Shown here piece by piece: positions 12,080 through 22,046 of a DNA stretch of 64,000 nt. Under the pieces are notes generated by a model. The model searched no databases and was not told the DNA's origin. It worked only from the letters and a program-made list of their open reading frames with translations. The DNA is from an uncultured Acidobacteriota bacterium (GTDB lineage Bacteria; Actinomycetota; Acidimicrobiia; Spongiisociales; ZC4RG35): positions 128,001-192,000 of the forward strand of contig CAWHEU010000002.1 in NCBI GenBank assembly GCA_963828465.1, in the 5' to 3' direction. The translations under genes were made by a program, and so were the position numbers. Numbering within the stretch: position 1 is the stretch's first letter; each line of letters begins with the position of its first letter.

Positions 12080-12731
12080 TTATCGGCCCATCGCCAGGGG
12101 TGAGCAGGCCCTTCTCGAAGGCGGCGCCCACCGCGGCGGCGCGGTCGTTGACGCCGAGCTTCGCGTAGATGTGGAGGAGGTGGGTCTTGACAGTTGCCTC
12201 GCTCACGAAGAGCCGCTCGGCAACCTCCCGGTTAGTCGCTCCCGCTGCGACGAGTTGAAGCACCTCGAGCTCGCGCTGGCTGACGGATTCCTTCACGGGC
12301 TGGCGGACCTGGTCGAGAAGGCGGGCGGCGACGCTGGGGGAGAGGACGGCTTCTCCGCCGGCGGCCGAATGCACCGCCCTCAGCAGCTCTGCTCGGGGCG
12401 CGTCCTTGAGGAGATATCCGGTCGCCCCGGCTTCGATCGCGGGCAGCACGTCGCTGTCGGTGTCGAACGTGGTCAGCACGAGGACCCGAGCACGGATCCC
12501 GAGATCGGTCATCTGCCTGATCGCGGAGACACCGTCCATCTCGGGCATGCGGAGATCCATGAGCACGACATCCGGGTCGTGAGCACGGGCCTTGGAGATT
12601 GCGTCCGCCCCGTTGGATGCCTCGGCTATTACCTCGAAGCCTTCCTCGCCTTCGAACATGCCACGCAGACCGTCCCGAACCACCGGGTGGTCGTCGACGA
12701 TGAGAAGCCGGACCGGTCGGTCGTCACTCAT
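12080..12731 (-). CDS. NarL/LuxR family response regulator (3' end uncertain)
   Basis: IVDDHPVVRDG, DVVLMDLRMP, TVKTHLLHIYAKLGV. As written it reads on to 11916 through the LLM gene; a 1-nt shift gives TAA at 12080. Confidence 0.88.
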
Positions 12732-13983
12732 TGGATGGGTCGATCGGGATGGCGGGGAGGGTGGCACAGACCGCGGTCCCAGCCCCGGGCTCGGACTCGA
12801 TCTCCAGGGTGCCGGCCAGGCGCTCGACCCGCTGACGCATGGCCGTGAGCCCGAACCCGGGGTCGGGCCTGCCGCCGTTTGGCCCATTCACGGCTGCGAA
12901 GCCGGTTCCGTTGTCCTTGACATCGATGGTGACGATGTCGCCCATGTATGAAAGCGTCACACCGACCCGTGAGGCATTGGCGTGTTTGGCGACGTTGGCC
13001 AGCGCCTCCTGGGCGACCCGCAGCATGGTTACCTCCACCTCAGGGTGGAGACCCTGTGTCTCGCCGGTCGTGGTCACCTCGGTGGGAACCCGGTTGAGAG
13101 ACGACCAGCGTGCCGCCTCGTCCGCCACGGCGTCCGCGAGCTGCCTTCCTTCGAGGGGAGCAGGGAGGATGGCCCGCATCGAGCGGCGGGCCTCGGCCAA
13201 GCTCTCCCGGGCGAGGTTGGTGGCGTTGTCCAACCGTCGCTGAAGTTCCGCCGGGTCGCTCTTCACCTGATTCGCCGCCTCCAGCTGGGTGATGACACCG
13301 GTCAGACCCTGGGCGATCGTGTCGTGGATCTCGCCGGCGATCCGCTGTCTCTCGTCGGTGATGCCCGCTTCCCTGGCCTGGGCCACCAACTGTGCGTGGA
13401 GACCGGCGTTCTCGTCCAGGGCCGCTTCGAGCTCGATGAGCGACTGACGCCGTTGCTCACTGAGCTCGGCGATCTTCTCGCCCCCGACTCCCCCGAACCC
13501 GATGGCGATGGTCTGGATCACGAAGATGATCCCGTAGGTCCACCACCCTTCTGCGCTCGGGTCGGGATAGATGATCCGGGAGTTGATGATTAGGGAGGTC
13601 AGCCCGATCCCGACGAACGCGATCGGCGCCGGCTTGAGGAGGTAGCCGTGGATGAAGCCGGTGATGACGAACACGAAATAGACCGGCAGCAGGTACATGA
13701 ACACGGCGGAGAACACCATCAGCCCGCCGAAGTAGAGCCGCATCCACCTCTGGTCCTTTCGGCGATCCCTCTGCAGGGTGAACATGAAGAGCACCCACGC
13801 GGCGGCTCCGGTGGCCAGACCTATCGAGACCAGACGGTCGGTCCAGGAAGCTGCCGCGAACAAGCTGAGGATGAGCCCGATGGCGAGGGTGACGTACGGC
13901 ACCCATTCCACGACCTTTTCGAAGCCCCGTTCCCATCCGGTCAGCGATGTTTCGGGGGCGACGACGGCGGATTCGGTGCTCAT
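12724..13983 (-). CDS. Membrane sensor histidine kinase (HisKA_3)
   Basis: Several TM segments, ERQRIAGEIHDTIAQG, QEALANVAKHA, DNGTGF, GFGLTAMRQR. Confidence 0.93.
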   Translation of the reverse strand: MSTESAVVAPETSLTGWERGFEKVVEWVPYVTLAIGLILSLFAAASWTDRLVSIGLATGAAAWVLFMFTLQRDRRKDQRWMRLYFGGLMVFSAVFMYLLPVYFVFVITGFIHGYLLKPAPIAFVGIGLTSLIINSRIIYPDPSAEGWWTYGIIFVIQTIAIGFGGVGGEKIAELSEQRRQSLIELEAALDENAGLHAQLVAQAREAGITDERQRIAGEIHDTIAQGLTGVITQLEAANQVKSDPAELQRRLDNATNLARESLAEARRSMRAILPAPLEGRQLADAVADEAARWSSLNRVPTEVTTTGETQGLHPEVEVTMLRVAQEALANVAKHANASRVGVTLSYMGDIVTIDVKDNGTGFAAVNGPNGGRPDPGFGLTAMRQRVERLAGTLEIESEPGAGTAVCATLPAIPIDPSNE

Positions 13984-14723
13984 TCCCAGCGGAAGGTCAA
14001 GGCCGCCAGCACGCCGGCCCCTATCGCGAACGCTGCCATGACCAGGAGACTAGAAGTCGAGGGGGCCAGACCGGACCAGGTGTCCTGCAGCGCCTGGACG
14101 CCGGCTCCGGTCGGCGTCATGTCACTTATGGCGAGCAGCCCGTCCGACATCGCCTCCCGTGGGAAATAGACCCCAGCGAAGAACAGCATCGGGAAGTAGA
14201 CGGCCATGCCGATGCCTTGACCCGAGGAAACGGTTGGAGCGACCGCCCCGATGAGCAGGCCGATGGCCAGCATCGAGACTGCGGCGAGTACGTAGACAAG
14301 GATGAATCCCGCCAGATTCTCCGGGACCGGGATGTCGAACACCACCACGCCGACCGCGATCGCGAGTGCAGCGGACAGTCCCGCCAGCACCATCTGGATG
14401 ATGAGTTGTGCCGCCACCAGACGCCAGGGGCTCACCGGCGTGGTTTGGAGGCGGCGCAGGACGCCGCGCTCCCGATACGTGGCGAGAATCGCTGGCAGCG
14501 TGGCGAAGGCCAGGGTGGCCAGAGCCAGACCGAGGATGATGGGGGCATAAAGATCGATCAGTCGGGACCCGCCCAGGTCCGGGCTCGGGGTATCGAAGCC
14601 AGGGAAGAACAGGCCCAGCGCGATCAAGAGGACCGCCGGGAAAATCAGTCCCCAGAACATGGCGAGTGGCTCTCGGGCGAAGAGCTTTCCTTCGACAATG
14701 GTCAGTTTGCTGAGAGCGGACAT
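13980..14723 (-). CDS. ABC-2 type exporter permease
   Basis: Hydrophobic protein with YRERGVLRRLQTTP and a TFRWE ending. Confidence 0.9.
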   Translation of the reverse strand: MSALSKLTIVEGKLFAREPLAMFWGLIFPAVLLIALGLFFPGFDTPSPDLGGSRLIDLYAPIILGLALATLAFATLPAILATYRERGVLRRLQTTPVSPWRLVAAQLIIQMVLAGLSAALAIAVGVVVFDIPVPENLAGFILVYVLAAVSMLAIGLLIGAVAPTVSSGQGIGMAVYFPMLFFAGVYFPREAMSDGLLAISDMTPTGAGVQALQDTWSGLAPSTSSLLVMAAFAIGAGVLAALTFRWE

Positions 14724-14733
14724 GGTTCTCTCC

Positions 14734-15660
14734 TCAGATCTCAGAGTTTTCGGTGTTCTGCAACGACTTGCCGGTGAGAGCGACGAATGCGTCGTCGAGC
14801 GTCACCTGCTCGACCCGAAGCTCGTAAGCGATGATCTGCTTGCGAGCCAGATAGGAGGTCACCGAGTGCAGCACATTGCCGACGCCGGTCACCACCACGT
14901 GGTCACCGACTCGGTCGACGCCGGTCACGTCTGGCAAGGAGGTGAGCTCCGACTCGTCGACCGGTGGCGAAGGACGGAAGCGGATCCGCTGTTCGTCGTC
15001 AGCCCTGGACACCAGACCGGCCGGCGTGTCGAGCGCGATCAGCTTTCCCGAGTCGATCAGGGCGACCCGATCTGCCAGCCGCTCGGCCTCCTCCATGAAG
15101 TGGGTGACGAGGACGATGGTGACGCCGCGGTCACGCAGCTGCTCCACGAGGGCCCAGGTGTCACGTCGAGCCTGAGGGTCGAGGCCGGTCGTCAGCTCGT
15201 CGAGGATGGCGATCTCGGGGTTTCCGACCAGAGCCAGGGCGACGGAGAGCCGCTGCTTCTGCCCTCCGGACAGCTTGGCGAACCTCGTGTCTCGCTTCTC
15301 GGTGAGACCGAGTTGGTCGATGAGATCGGGCCAGTGGGCGGGGCTCCGATAGAAGCTGCTGTAGAGGTCGAGCGCCTCCCATACCTTGATGCGGTCGGGG
15401 AGACTGCTCTCCTGGAGCTGCACCCCGAGACGCTCTCGCATCTCGGTGGCGTCGTGCTGAGGGTCCAGGCCGAGGACGCTGATCCGACCCTCATCGGGTT
15501 GGCGGAGGCCGGCGATCGACTCCACAGTTGTCGTCTTCCCGGCTCCGTTGGGGCCGAGGATGGCGAAGATCTCGCCCTTCTCGACGGTGAAGCTGACACC
15601 GTCGACCACGGGGACGTCGTCGTACCGCTTGACCAGATTGTCGACTTCGATGACGGGCAT
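14734..15660 (-). CDS. ABC exporter ATP-binding protein
   Basis: GPNGAGKTT, LSGGQKQR, ILDELTTGLDP. Confidence 0.93.
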   Translation of the reverse strand: MPVIEVDNLVKRYDDVPVVDGVSFTVEKGEIFAILGPNGAGKTTTVESIAGLRQPDEGRISVLGLDPQHDATEMRERLGVQLQESSLPDRIKVWEALDLYSSFYRSPAHWPDLIDQLGLTEKRDTRFAKLSGGQKQRLSVALALVGNPEIAILDELTTGLDPQARRDTWALVEQLRDRGVTIVLVTHFMEEAERLADRVALIDSGKLIALDTPAGLVSRADDEQRIRFRPSPPVDESELTSLPDVTGVDRVGDHVVVTGVGNVLHSVTSYLARKQIIAYELRVEQVTLDDAFVALTGKSLQNTENSEI

Positions 15661-15768
15661 GTGGATTCCTTCGTTGTGGGAGCTGACATTCGCCAGCGTG
15701 CCGGATGTCGCTGTCTCTCGCATCGCCCGACTGGCCAGCGTCCGCTCCGGTCCCGGCTGACGCGTGTA

Positions 15769-15784
15769 TCAGCCGATCGGTTGA
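15769..15784. promoter_or_regulatory. Inverted repeat, candidate binding site of the adjacent NarL-type regulator
   Basis: TCAGCCGA-TCGGTTGA upstream of the exporter operon, plus a second half-site CGGCTGA ending at 15760. Confidence 0.55.
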
Positions 15785-15867
15785 CCCGTCTCCACCCTGA
15801 GGTCATCGGGGGATCGCGAGGGGACTCCCCGATAGTGGGAGTGGCCGGCTCGCGTCATGCTCGGGGG

Positions 15868-16731
15868 GTGGATTTGGTCGACCCCACCCTCATCGAAGTC
15901 GCCCCCGAACGCCCCAGCCGGCGTCGCCGTCGTCGGCTTGTTCTCGGGTTGGCGGTGGGCATTGTCGCGGTTGGGGCGATGCTGCTCGTCGGCGACGACA
16001 TCGGTGGTTGGTGGGCCGGGCTCTCCGAGACCCTGGCCAACCCCGAAGCATTCAGGGCGTGGGTCGAAGACCTCGGTGCCTGGGGCCCGATCGGGTATCT
16101 CCTCGCCCAGGCGGCGCAGGTGGTGGTCGTCCCGATACCGGGGACGCTATTCCCGCCGGTCGGCGCACTCGCCTTCGGTCCGTGGCCCGCCCTCGCCCTG
16201 AGCCTGGCCGGGATGGCGCTGGGATCGGCGGTGGTGTTCCTGGTGGCGCGCAGATGGGGGAGGCCGCTTGCGATCAGACTGGCCGGTGCGGAGCGAGTCC
16301 AGCGATATCAGAGCCTGATGACAGCCAGGGGTGGTCTGCTCATCTGGCTCGTCTTCCTCCTCCCTTTCCTTCCCGACGACGCGGTGTGCGCCCTCGCCGG
16401 GCTGTCCGGTATCGGGTTCGGTCGCTTCATGCTGATTGCGACGGTGGGGCGGGTTCCCGCCGTGGCTGCCGGCGTGTTCACCATGGCCGGGTTGGAAGGT
16501 GCCCCGGCCTGGGTGTGGGGGATGGCAGTAGCTGGTTTTGTCATCATCCTTTGGGCGGGGGCGCGGTTCGGCCCCGCCATCGAGCGGCGCCTCGTCGGCC
16601 TCAGCCGGGCTCCGCGACGGGACCCGGATGAGACGGGGCGTGTGTCAAGACCATCGAGTGTGCTTCCCGAGACAGGGTCACTACATCGCCCTTCAGAGCG
16701 ATCTCGTGCTCCCCATCCAGATGTGAGTTGA
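15868..16731 (+). CDS. TVP38/TMEM64 (DedA/VTT domain) membrane protein
   Basis: LGAWGP, QVVVVPIPG, LLPFLPDDAVCALAGLS. The C-terminal tail overlaps the convergent gene. Confidence 0.85.
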   Translation: MDLVDPTLIEVAPERPSRRRRRRLVLGLAVGIVAVGAMLLVGDDIGGWWAGLSETLANPEAFRAWVEDLGAWGPIGYLLAQAAQVVVVPIPGTLFPPVGALAFGPWPALALSLAGMALGSAVVFLVARRWGRPLAIRLAGAERVQRYQSLMTARGGLLIWLVFLLPFLPDDAVCALAGLSGIGFGRFMLIATVGRVPAVAAGVFTMAGLEGAPAWVWGMAVAGFVIILWAGARFGPAIERRLVGLSRAPRRDPDETGRVSRPSSVLPETGSLHRPSERSRAPHPDVS

Positions 16732-16963
16732 ATCGGTCCTCGAGTGCCATCAGCTCGGGCGGCCCCGCCATGCGTGTCGAGGCGACGGGTCCCACCTGGA
16801 GCGTGTCGCCGTCCAAGGTGAACGAGCCGGTGAACCGGTTGACGCCGACCCGTCCGGCCACCCTGTCCCCTTCGAATCGGACCTCCCGTGGGGCTTCGGT
16901 GTCGATCGGCTCGCCATCGATCTCGATCACGAGCCAATCGCCTTCGAGAGGGTGCTCGATCAT
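16601..16963 (-). CDS. META domain (HslJ-like) protein
   Basis: W-L-x-x-I-D-G, G-x-x-G-V-N-R-F-T-G and GPVASTRMAG pattern. A TAGGCT -10 lies just upstream. Confidence 0.75.
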   Translation of the reverse strand: MIEHPLEGDWLVIEIDGEPIDTEAPREVRFEGDRVAGRVGVNRFTGSFTLDGDTLQVGPVASTRMAGPPELMALEDRFNSHLDGEHEIALKGDVVTLSREAHSMVLTHAPSHPGPVAEPG

Positions 16964-17009
16964 CGATGTCAAGCCTACGGAAGAGTTGTCTCGATAGTCT
17001 CGGCTCTCG

Positions 17010-17612
17010 ATGGCCATCATCTCACGTGGGTTCATAGGACGGCGACCTGAGGTCGACCCGAGCCGCCTTCCCCCGGGCCAATACGTTGCCCACGACTTCC
17101 CGGTGCTGTCCGCCGGCCCAACACCCCGGATCTCGCTGGACAAATGGAGGTTCGAGATCACCGGGCTGATCGATGAGCCGAGATCCTGGAGCTGGGACGA
17201 GTTCAACGCTCTGCCCTCGGAGACGGTGACTCTCGACATCCACTGCGTGACGAAGTGGTCGAAGCTGGACACGACCTGGACCGGTGTGTCGGTCGACACG
17301 CTGCTCGACGGTGTGGAGACGGAAGCGACCCACATCATGGCCTCCAGCTACGGCGGCTACACGACCAACCTCCCATTTGCCGACGTGATGGAGGGCCGGG
17401 CCTGGGTCGCGACCGGTTACGACAAGCAACCGCTCCACCCTGAGCACGGAGGGCCGGCGCGTCTCCTGGTTCCGCATCTCTATTTCTGGAAGAGCGCCAA
17501 ATGGGTGCGTGGGATCGAATTGCTGGCGCAGGACCAGCGTGGGTTCTGGGAGAGAAACGGATACCACGACTACGGGGATCCGTGGCGGGAGCAGCGGTAC
17601 TGGGGCGATTGA
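17010..17612 (+). CDS. Sulfite oxidase-like molybdopterin oxidoreductase (YuiH-like)
   Basis: RLPPGQ, DIHCVTKWS, EHGGPARL, KSAKW, GFWERNGYH. Confidence 0.9.
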   Translation: MAIISRGFIGRRPEVDPSRLPPGQYVAHDFPVLSAGPTPRISLDKWRFEITGLIDEPRSWSWDEFNALPSETVTLDIHCVTKWSKLDTTWTGVSVDTLLDGVETEATHIMASSYGGYTTNLPFADVMEGRAWVATGYDKQPLHPEHGGPARLLVPHLYFWKSAKWVRGIELLAQDQRGFWERNGYHDYGDPWREQRYWGD

Positions 17613-18358
17613 GCCAGGCTCCCACGGCTCCGGTGCGGATGGACTGGCTGGCGGCCAGGGTCATCTCGAAGCACGACGAGACCCCACGGGTGCGAAGCAT
17701 CGTCTTCGAATGCCCGATGTGGGCAGGCCACATGGCCGGCCAGCACGTCGACATCAGGCTCACCGCCGAAGACGGGTATCAAGCCCAGCGGAGCTACTCG
17801 ATCGCCTCGGCGCCCGAGGACGACCACCTGATTCTGACCATCGAGCGGCTTCAAGACGGAGAGGTTTCGCCGTATCTGTTCGACGAGCTAGCGCCGGGCG
17901 ACGAGCTCGAGATGAGGGGCCCGATTGGGCGACATTTCGCCTGGACACCCGAGACTGGGGGCCCATTGTTGATGATCGCGGGCGGGTCAGGGGTCGTCCC
18001 TTTCCGCGCCATGCTCCGCCATCGGCGGGCGCATGACGTGGTGACGCCGGCCAAATTGGTCTACTCGGCCCGGACGATCGGGGATGTGATCTACCGCGAG
18101 GAGCTGGACGAGATCGAGACCGCCGAAGGTGCAGAGGTCGTTTTGGTCCTGACGCGTGCCCAGCCCGAGGGTTGGACAGGTTTTGACCACCGCATCGACG
18201 CGGAGATCCTCTCCGAGGTGACGTGGTCACCGGCGGACAATCCGAAGACCTATGTCTGCGGGCCAACCGGCTTCGTCGAGACGGTCGCCAACTGCCTCGT
18301 CGACCTCGGTCACGAACCGGAGTCGATCCGGACCGAGCGGTTCGGCCCGACCGGCTGA
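17609..18358 (+). CDS. Ferredoxin-NADP reductase-like FAD/NAD-binding oxidoreductase
   Basis: RSYSIAS, GEVS, IAGGSGVVP, YVCGP, TERFG. The start overlaps the upstream stop. Confidence 0.9.
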   Translation: MSQAPTAPVRMDWLAARVISKHDETPRVRSIVFECPMWAGHMAGQHVDIRLTAEDGYQAQRSYSIASAPEDDHLILTIERLQDGEVSPYLFDELAPGDELEMRGPIGRHFAWTPETGGPLLMIAGGSGVVPFRAMLRHRRAHDVVTPAKLVYSARTIGDVIYREELDEIETAEGAEVVLVLTRAQPEGWTGFDHRIDAEILSEVTWSPADNPKTYVCGPTGFVETVANCLVDLGHEPESIRTERFGPTG

Positions 18359-18400
18359 TGCGCATCCATCGACACGGGAATTAGGCGGCGGCCTGGGGCC

Positions 18401-19987
18401 TTGAACCAAGGAGCGCACCGAGAAGAGTCACTGGACGAAGCACCCACCACCGCGACCCCGATGACCCATCGTCAGATCCTGCTGGTCCTCAGCGGGTTGA
18501 TGCTGGGTCTCTTTCTGGCAGCCCTCGACCAGACGATCGTCGCCACCGCCCTGCCCACCATCGCCGGAGAGCTGGGTGGTCTCGAGCACCTCTCCTGGGT
18601 GGTCACGGCCTATCTCCTCACTTCCACTGCTTCGGCGCCGCTCTACGGGAAGGTGTCGGACATGTACGGGCGGAAGATCGTCTTCCAGTTCGCCATCATC
18701 TCCTTCCTGATCGGTTCGGTCCTGGCCGGGATGTCCCAATCGATGACCCAGCTCATCGCATTTCGGGCCATCCAAGGGCTGGGAGCCGGTGGCTTGATCG
18801 TGATGACGTTCACCATCGTCGGGGACATCGTCTCGCCCCGGGAGCGGGGGCGGTACCAGGGGTACATCGGCGCAGTCTTCGCGTTGGCATCGATCGCCGG
18901 CCCATTGCTGGGCGGATTCTTCGTCGACAACTTCTCCTGGCGATGGGTGTTCTACATCAATCTCCCCATCGGGCTGGCCGCTCTCTTCGTCACCGCGACC
19001 GTTCTCAACCTTCCCTTCCGCCGGGTCGATCATCCGGTCGACTACCTCGGAGCCGGCCTTCTCGTAGGTGGGGTCACCTCACTTCTGCTGGTCATGGTGT
19101 GGGGTGGCTCGGAGTACCCCTGGGACTCGCCGATGATCATCGGGTTGTCGGTCGTTGCGGTGGTGCTGCTGTGTCTCTTCCTCCTCCAGGAGCGGCGCGC
19201 GACCGAGCCGATCCTCCCCCTCCGGCTGTTCCGTGACCGCACCTTTGCCATCACCTCGGCCGCCGGGTTCATCGTGGGCCTCGGCATGTTCGGCGGCATC
19301 ATCTTCCTGCCTCTGTTCCTGCAGGTCGTCATGGGGACGACGCCTACCAATTCCGGTCTCTTACTGCTGCCGCTCATGGGTGGCGTGGTGGTCTCGTCCA
19401 TCGTCTCCGGGCGGCTGATCACCCGCACCGGCCGCTACAAGATCTTCCCGATCATCGGCACATCCCTCATGGCCATCGGTCTTTGGCTTTTCTCGACCAT
19501 GAGCATCGAGACCCCATTGCTCACGGCGTCGACCTTCATGCTGATCTTCGGCACTGGCGTCGGCCTGGTCCTGCAGGTGCTGGTGATCGCGGTTCAGAAT
19601 GCAGTGGAGGCGCGCGACCTCGGGGTCGCGACCTCGTCGGCCACTTTCTTCCGGTCGTTGGGCGGGTCCTTCGGGACCGCCCTCTTTGGAGCGGTTCTCA
19701 CCAGCCAGCTGGCCATACGCCTGGCCAGTCTCCTCCCCGAGGGATCGGAGATGGGGGAGCTCACCGGGAGCCCCGATTTGATCGCCCAGCTCCCGGCAGC
19801 GACCAGGGAGGTGGTGATGGGTGCATTCTCCGGCGCGATAACCACGTCCTTCGCCATCGCCGTCCCGTTCGCCCTGGCCGCGCTGTTGCTGGTCGTATTC
19901 CTTCCTGAACTGCCTCTGCGCGACACCGCCCATGTTGGGGCGGGCGAACCCGACGCAACCGTCTCTCCGGGCACGATCGGGCACTGA
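18401..19987 (+). CDS. MDR MFS transporter, DHA2 (EmrB/QacA) family
   Basis: LDQTIVATALP, GKVSDMYGRK, WRWVFYINLPIG. Confidence 0.93.
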   Translation: MNQGAHREESLDEAPTTATPMTHRQILLVLSGLMLGLFLAALDQTIVATALPTIAGELGGLEHLSWVVTAYLLTSTASAPLYGKVSDMYGRKIVFQFAIISFLIGSVLAGMSQSMTQLIAFRAIQGLGAGGLIVMTFTIVGDIVSPRERGRYQGYIGAVFALASIAGPLLGGFFVDNFSWRWVFYINLPIGLAALFVTATVLNLPFRRVDHPVDYLGAGLLVGGVTSLLLVMVWGGSEYPWDSPMIIGLSVVAVVLLCLFLLQERRATEPILPLRLFRDRTFAITSAAGFIVGLGMFGGIIFLPLFLQVVMGTTPTNSGLLLLPLMGGVVVSSIVSGRLITRTGRYKIFPIIGTSLMAIGLWLFSTMSIETPLLTASTFMLIFGTGVGLVLQVLVIAVQNAVEARDLGVATSSATFFRSLGGSFGTALFGAVLTSQLAIRLASLLPEGSEMGELTGSPDLIAQLPAATREVVMGAFSGAITTSFAIAVPFALAALLLVVFLPELPLRDTAHVGAGEPDATVSPGTIGH

Positions 19988-19997
19988 CGCAGGCGGA

Positions 19998-21164
19998 TCA
20001 GCCGAGCGGGACCGAGAATCGGACCCGCCCGCCGGGGCCGGCCTCGATGGCGATGGTCCCTCCGTGAGCCTCGACGATGCCCTTGGCGATGGCAAGCCCG
20101 AGCCCCGTCCCGCCGGATTCGCGATTCCGGGAATCGTCGGCGCGGACGAACCGCTCGAACACGCTATTCACCATCTCTGTTGGGAATCCGGGGCCTTCGT
20201 CTACCACCGTGGTGACTGCATCGGACCCGTTTCGCTCGAGCAGGAGCCTCACCTCTCCTGATTCCGGGCTGTGCCGGATCGCATTGGCCAGGAGATTTCT
20301 CAGCACACGGCCGAGGGCGGCTGGGTCGCCTTGAACCGCGACGTGCCCCGGGGAATCGACGGCGAGGGCGACCCGCCGCAGCGCAGCCGAAGGGGTCACC
20401 GCCTCCACCGCCTCGTCGGCGAGCTCGGCCATGTCGACACCGATTCGCGAGAGCTCGAGACGCCCGGACTCGATCCTTGACAGGAGGAACAGGTCGTCGA
20501 TCAGGTGGCGAAGATGTTCCAGGTCGAGGGCAAGGCCGCGCAGATACGCCTGCGGGTCGGGAGCGACGCCATCCTGGAGCGCTTCGACCGCGGCCTGCAT
20601 CGACCCCATTGGTGTGCGGAGGTCGTGGCCGATCGCTGAGAGCAGGTGCCGGCGCTCGATCTCGGAGGCCTCGAGTGTGGCGATGGTCTCGTCGAGGGCG
20701 GCTGCGGCACGACCGAGCTCGTCGCTTCGGGTCACGCCGGTCCGAGCGCTGAGGTCACCTGCCCCGACCCGCTCGGCGGTCCGTGAAATCGCCTCGAGGT
20801 CGGCGGTGAGAGGGCGAGCGACCGCTCCAGCGATGACACTTCCCAGGCCGACACCCAACCCGATGGCCACGAGGACGAGTGTCAGGTCGTGGGGCTCGAT
20901 GAACATCGTCAATGCTGCAACCGCCACCGCTGCCCCGGTCACGACGACGGCGGCGTAGGCGATGACGATGAGACTGGTGCGGAGGGAGTGGAACCGGGTC
21001 GCCAGTCGCAGCGAGATCACCGCAGCCAGGAACGTCGCCAGTGCCATGACGCCAAAGATGAGATAGAGGAGTCGGCGGTCGGCCGGTGTCACATCCATGG
21101 CTAGCTCAGCGACCAGGAGCACGATCGCCACGACCAGGATCAGGGCCAGAACGGTGCGTCTCAT
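19998..21164 (-). CDS. HAMP-domain sensor histidine kinase
   Basis: HDLRTP, NLLANAIRHS, DEGPG, GTGLGLAI. Confidence 0.93.
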   Translation of the reverse strand: MRRTVLALILVVAIVLLVAELAMDVTPADRRLLYLIFGVMALATFLAAVISLRLATRFHSLRTSLIVIAYAAVVVTGAAVAVAALTMFIEPHDLTLVLVAIGLGVGLGSVIAGAVARPLTADLEAISRTAERVGAGDLSARTGVTRSDELGRAAAALDETIATLEASEIERRHLLSAIGHDLRTPMGSMQAAVEALQDGVAPDPQAYLRGLALDLEHLRHLIDDLFLLSRIESGRLELSRIGVDMAELADEAVEAVTPSAALRRVALAVDSPGHVAVQGDPAALGRVLRNLLANAIRHSPESGEVRLLLERNGSDAVTTVVDEGPGFPTEMVNSVFERFVRADDSRNRESGGTGLGLAIAKGIVEAHGGTIAIEAGPGGRVRFSVPLG

Positions 21165-21859
21165 GAACCGAGCCGATATCCGACGCCCCACACGGTCTGA
21201 ATCCAGCGTGGATCCTGCGAGTCCGCTTCGATCTTCTGGCGAATACGGCGGACGTGGACCGTGACGGTCGCCGGGTCCTGCCATTCGGGTGAGGAGCCCC
21301 AGACCTGGCCGAGCAGATCGCCTCGGCTGAATACCTGGAGAGGGTGGGCGACGAGGAAGGCAAGCAGGTCGAACTCCTTCGCGGTGAGCTCAACTCGCTC
21401 TTCCTCGACGATGGCGACCCGTCGCGTCGTGTCTATGACGATCCCGTCGTACTCGTATGGGTCGGAGAGCGGTTTGGTCGTCGATCGGCGAAGAACCGTG
21501 CGGACACGGGCCACGAGCTCCCTGGGGGAGAAGGGCTTCACCACATAGTCGTCGGCGCCGAGCTCCAAACCGGCCACCCGATCCGACTCCTCGGCCCGTG
21601 CTGTGAGGAGGATCACCGGGAGGTCGCCATCGCGTCTGATGTCGTTCAGCACGTCGAAGCCGGACACGGCTGGGAGCATCAAGTCGAGCACGACCAGATC
21701 CGGCTTGAACTCGGTCAGGCCCCTTCGGGCGGTCTCGCCGTCCACCGCGGTCTCGACCTGGTACCCGTCGCGACGGAGGTAGGTCGCCACGACCTCCAAG
21801 ATCCTGGGCTCGTCGTCGACGATGAGGATCCGCTGTCCGTTGGGATTTTGGAGTGCCAC
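21161..21859 (-). CDS. OmpR family response regulator
   Basis: LDLMLP, GADDYVVKPFSPREL, TVWGVGY. Confidence 0.94.
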   Translation of the reverse strand: MALQNPNGQRILIVDDEPRILEVVATYLRRDGYQVETAVDGETARRGLTEFKPDLVVLDLMLPAVSGFDVLNDIRRDGDLPVILLTARAEESDRVAGLELGADDYVVKPFSPRELVARVRTVLRRSTTKPLSDPYEYDGIVIDTTRRVAIVEEERVELTAKEFDLLAFLVAHPLQVFSRGDLLGQVWGSSPEWQDPATVTVHVRRIRQKIEADSQDPRWIQTVWGVGYRLGS

Positions 21860-21956
21860 TCCGGTGAGATGGTACGGGGCAGCTCCCGAAATGGTCCTGG
21901 GCCTGCTCTTCCGTTTAGGAAGATTTCATCTTTCCGCGGCTGCGATTTCGGATCGC

Positions 21957-21973
21957 TCAACAAACCCTTAACA
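21957..21973 (+). promoter_or_regulatory. 11-bp-period direct repeat, candidate OmpR-family binding site
   Basis: TCAACA-N5-TTAACA between the response regulator and the fasciclin gene. Confidence 0.45.
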
Positions 21974-22046
21974 GACGGTGAAACGGGGCATGCTCGCCCC
22001 AAACCAGACGTACGTTGCTCGGGTCGACCCGACCAAGGAGGCTCGA

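Noticed and set aside
12080-12087. GCCGATAA on the minus strand
   Set aside because: No matching -35 at the required distance, and it lies at a convergent gene junction.
14659-15867. Long N-terminal extension of the 690-aa + strand ORF
   Set aside because: It is the antisense shadow of the ABC ATPase. The TVP38 domain starts near 15868.
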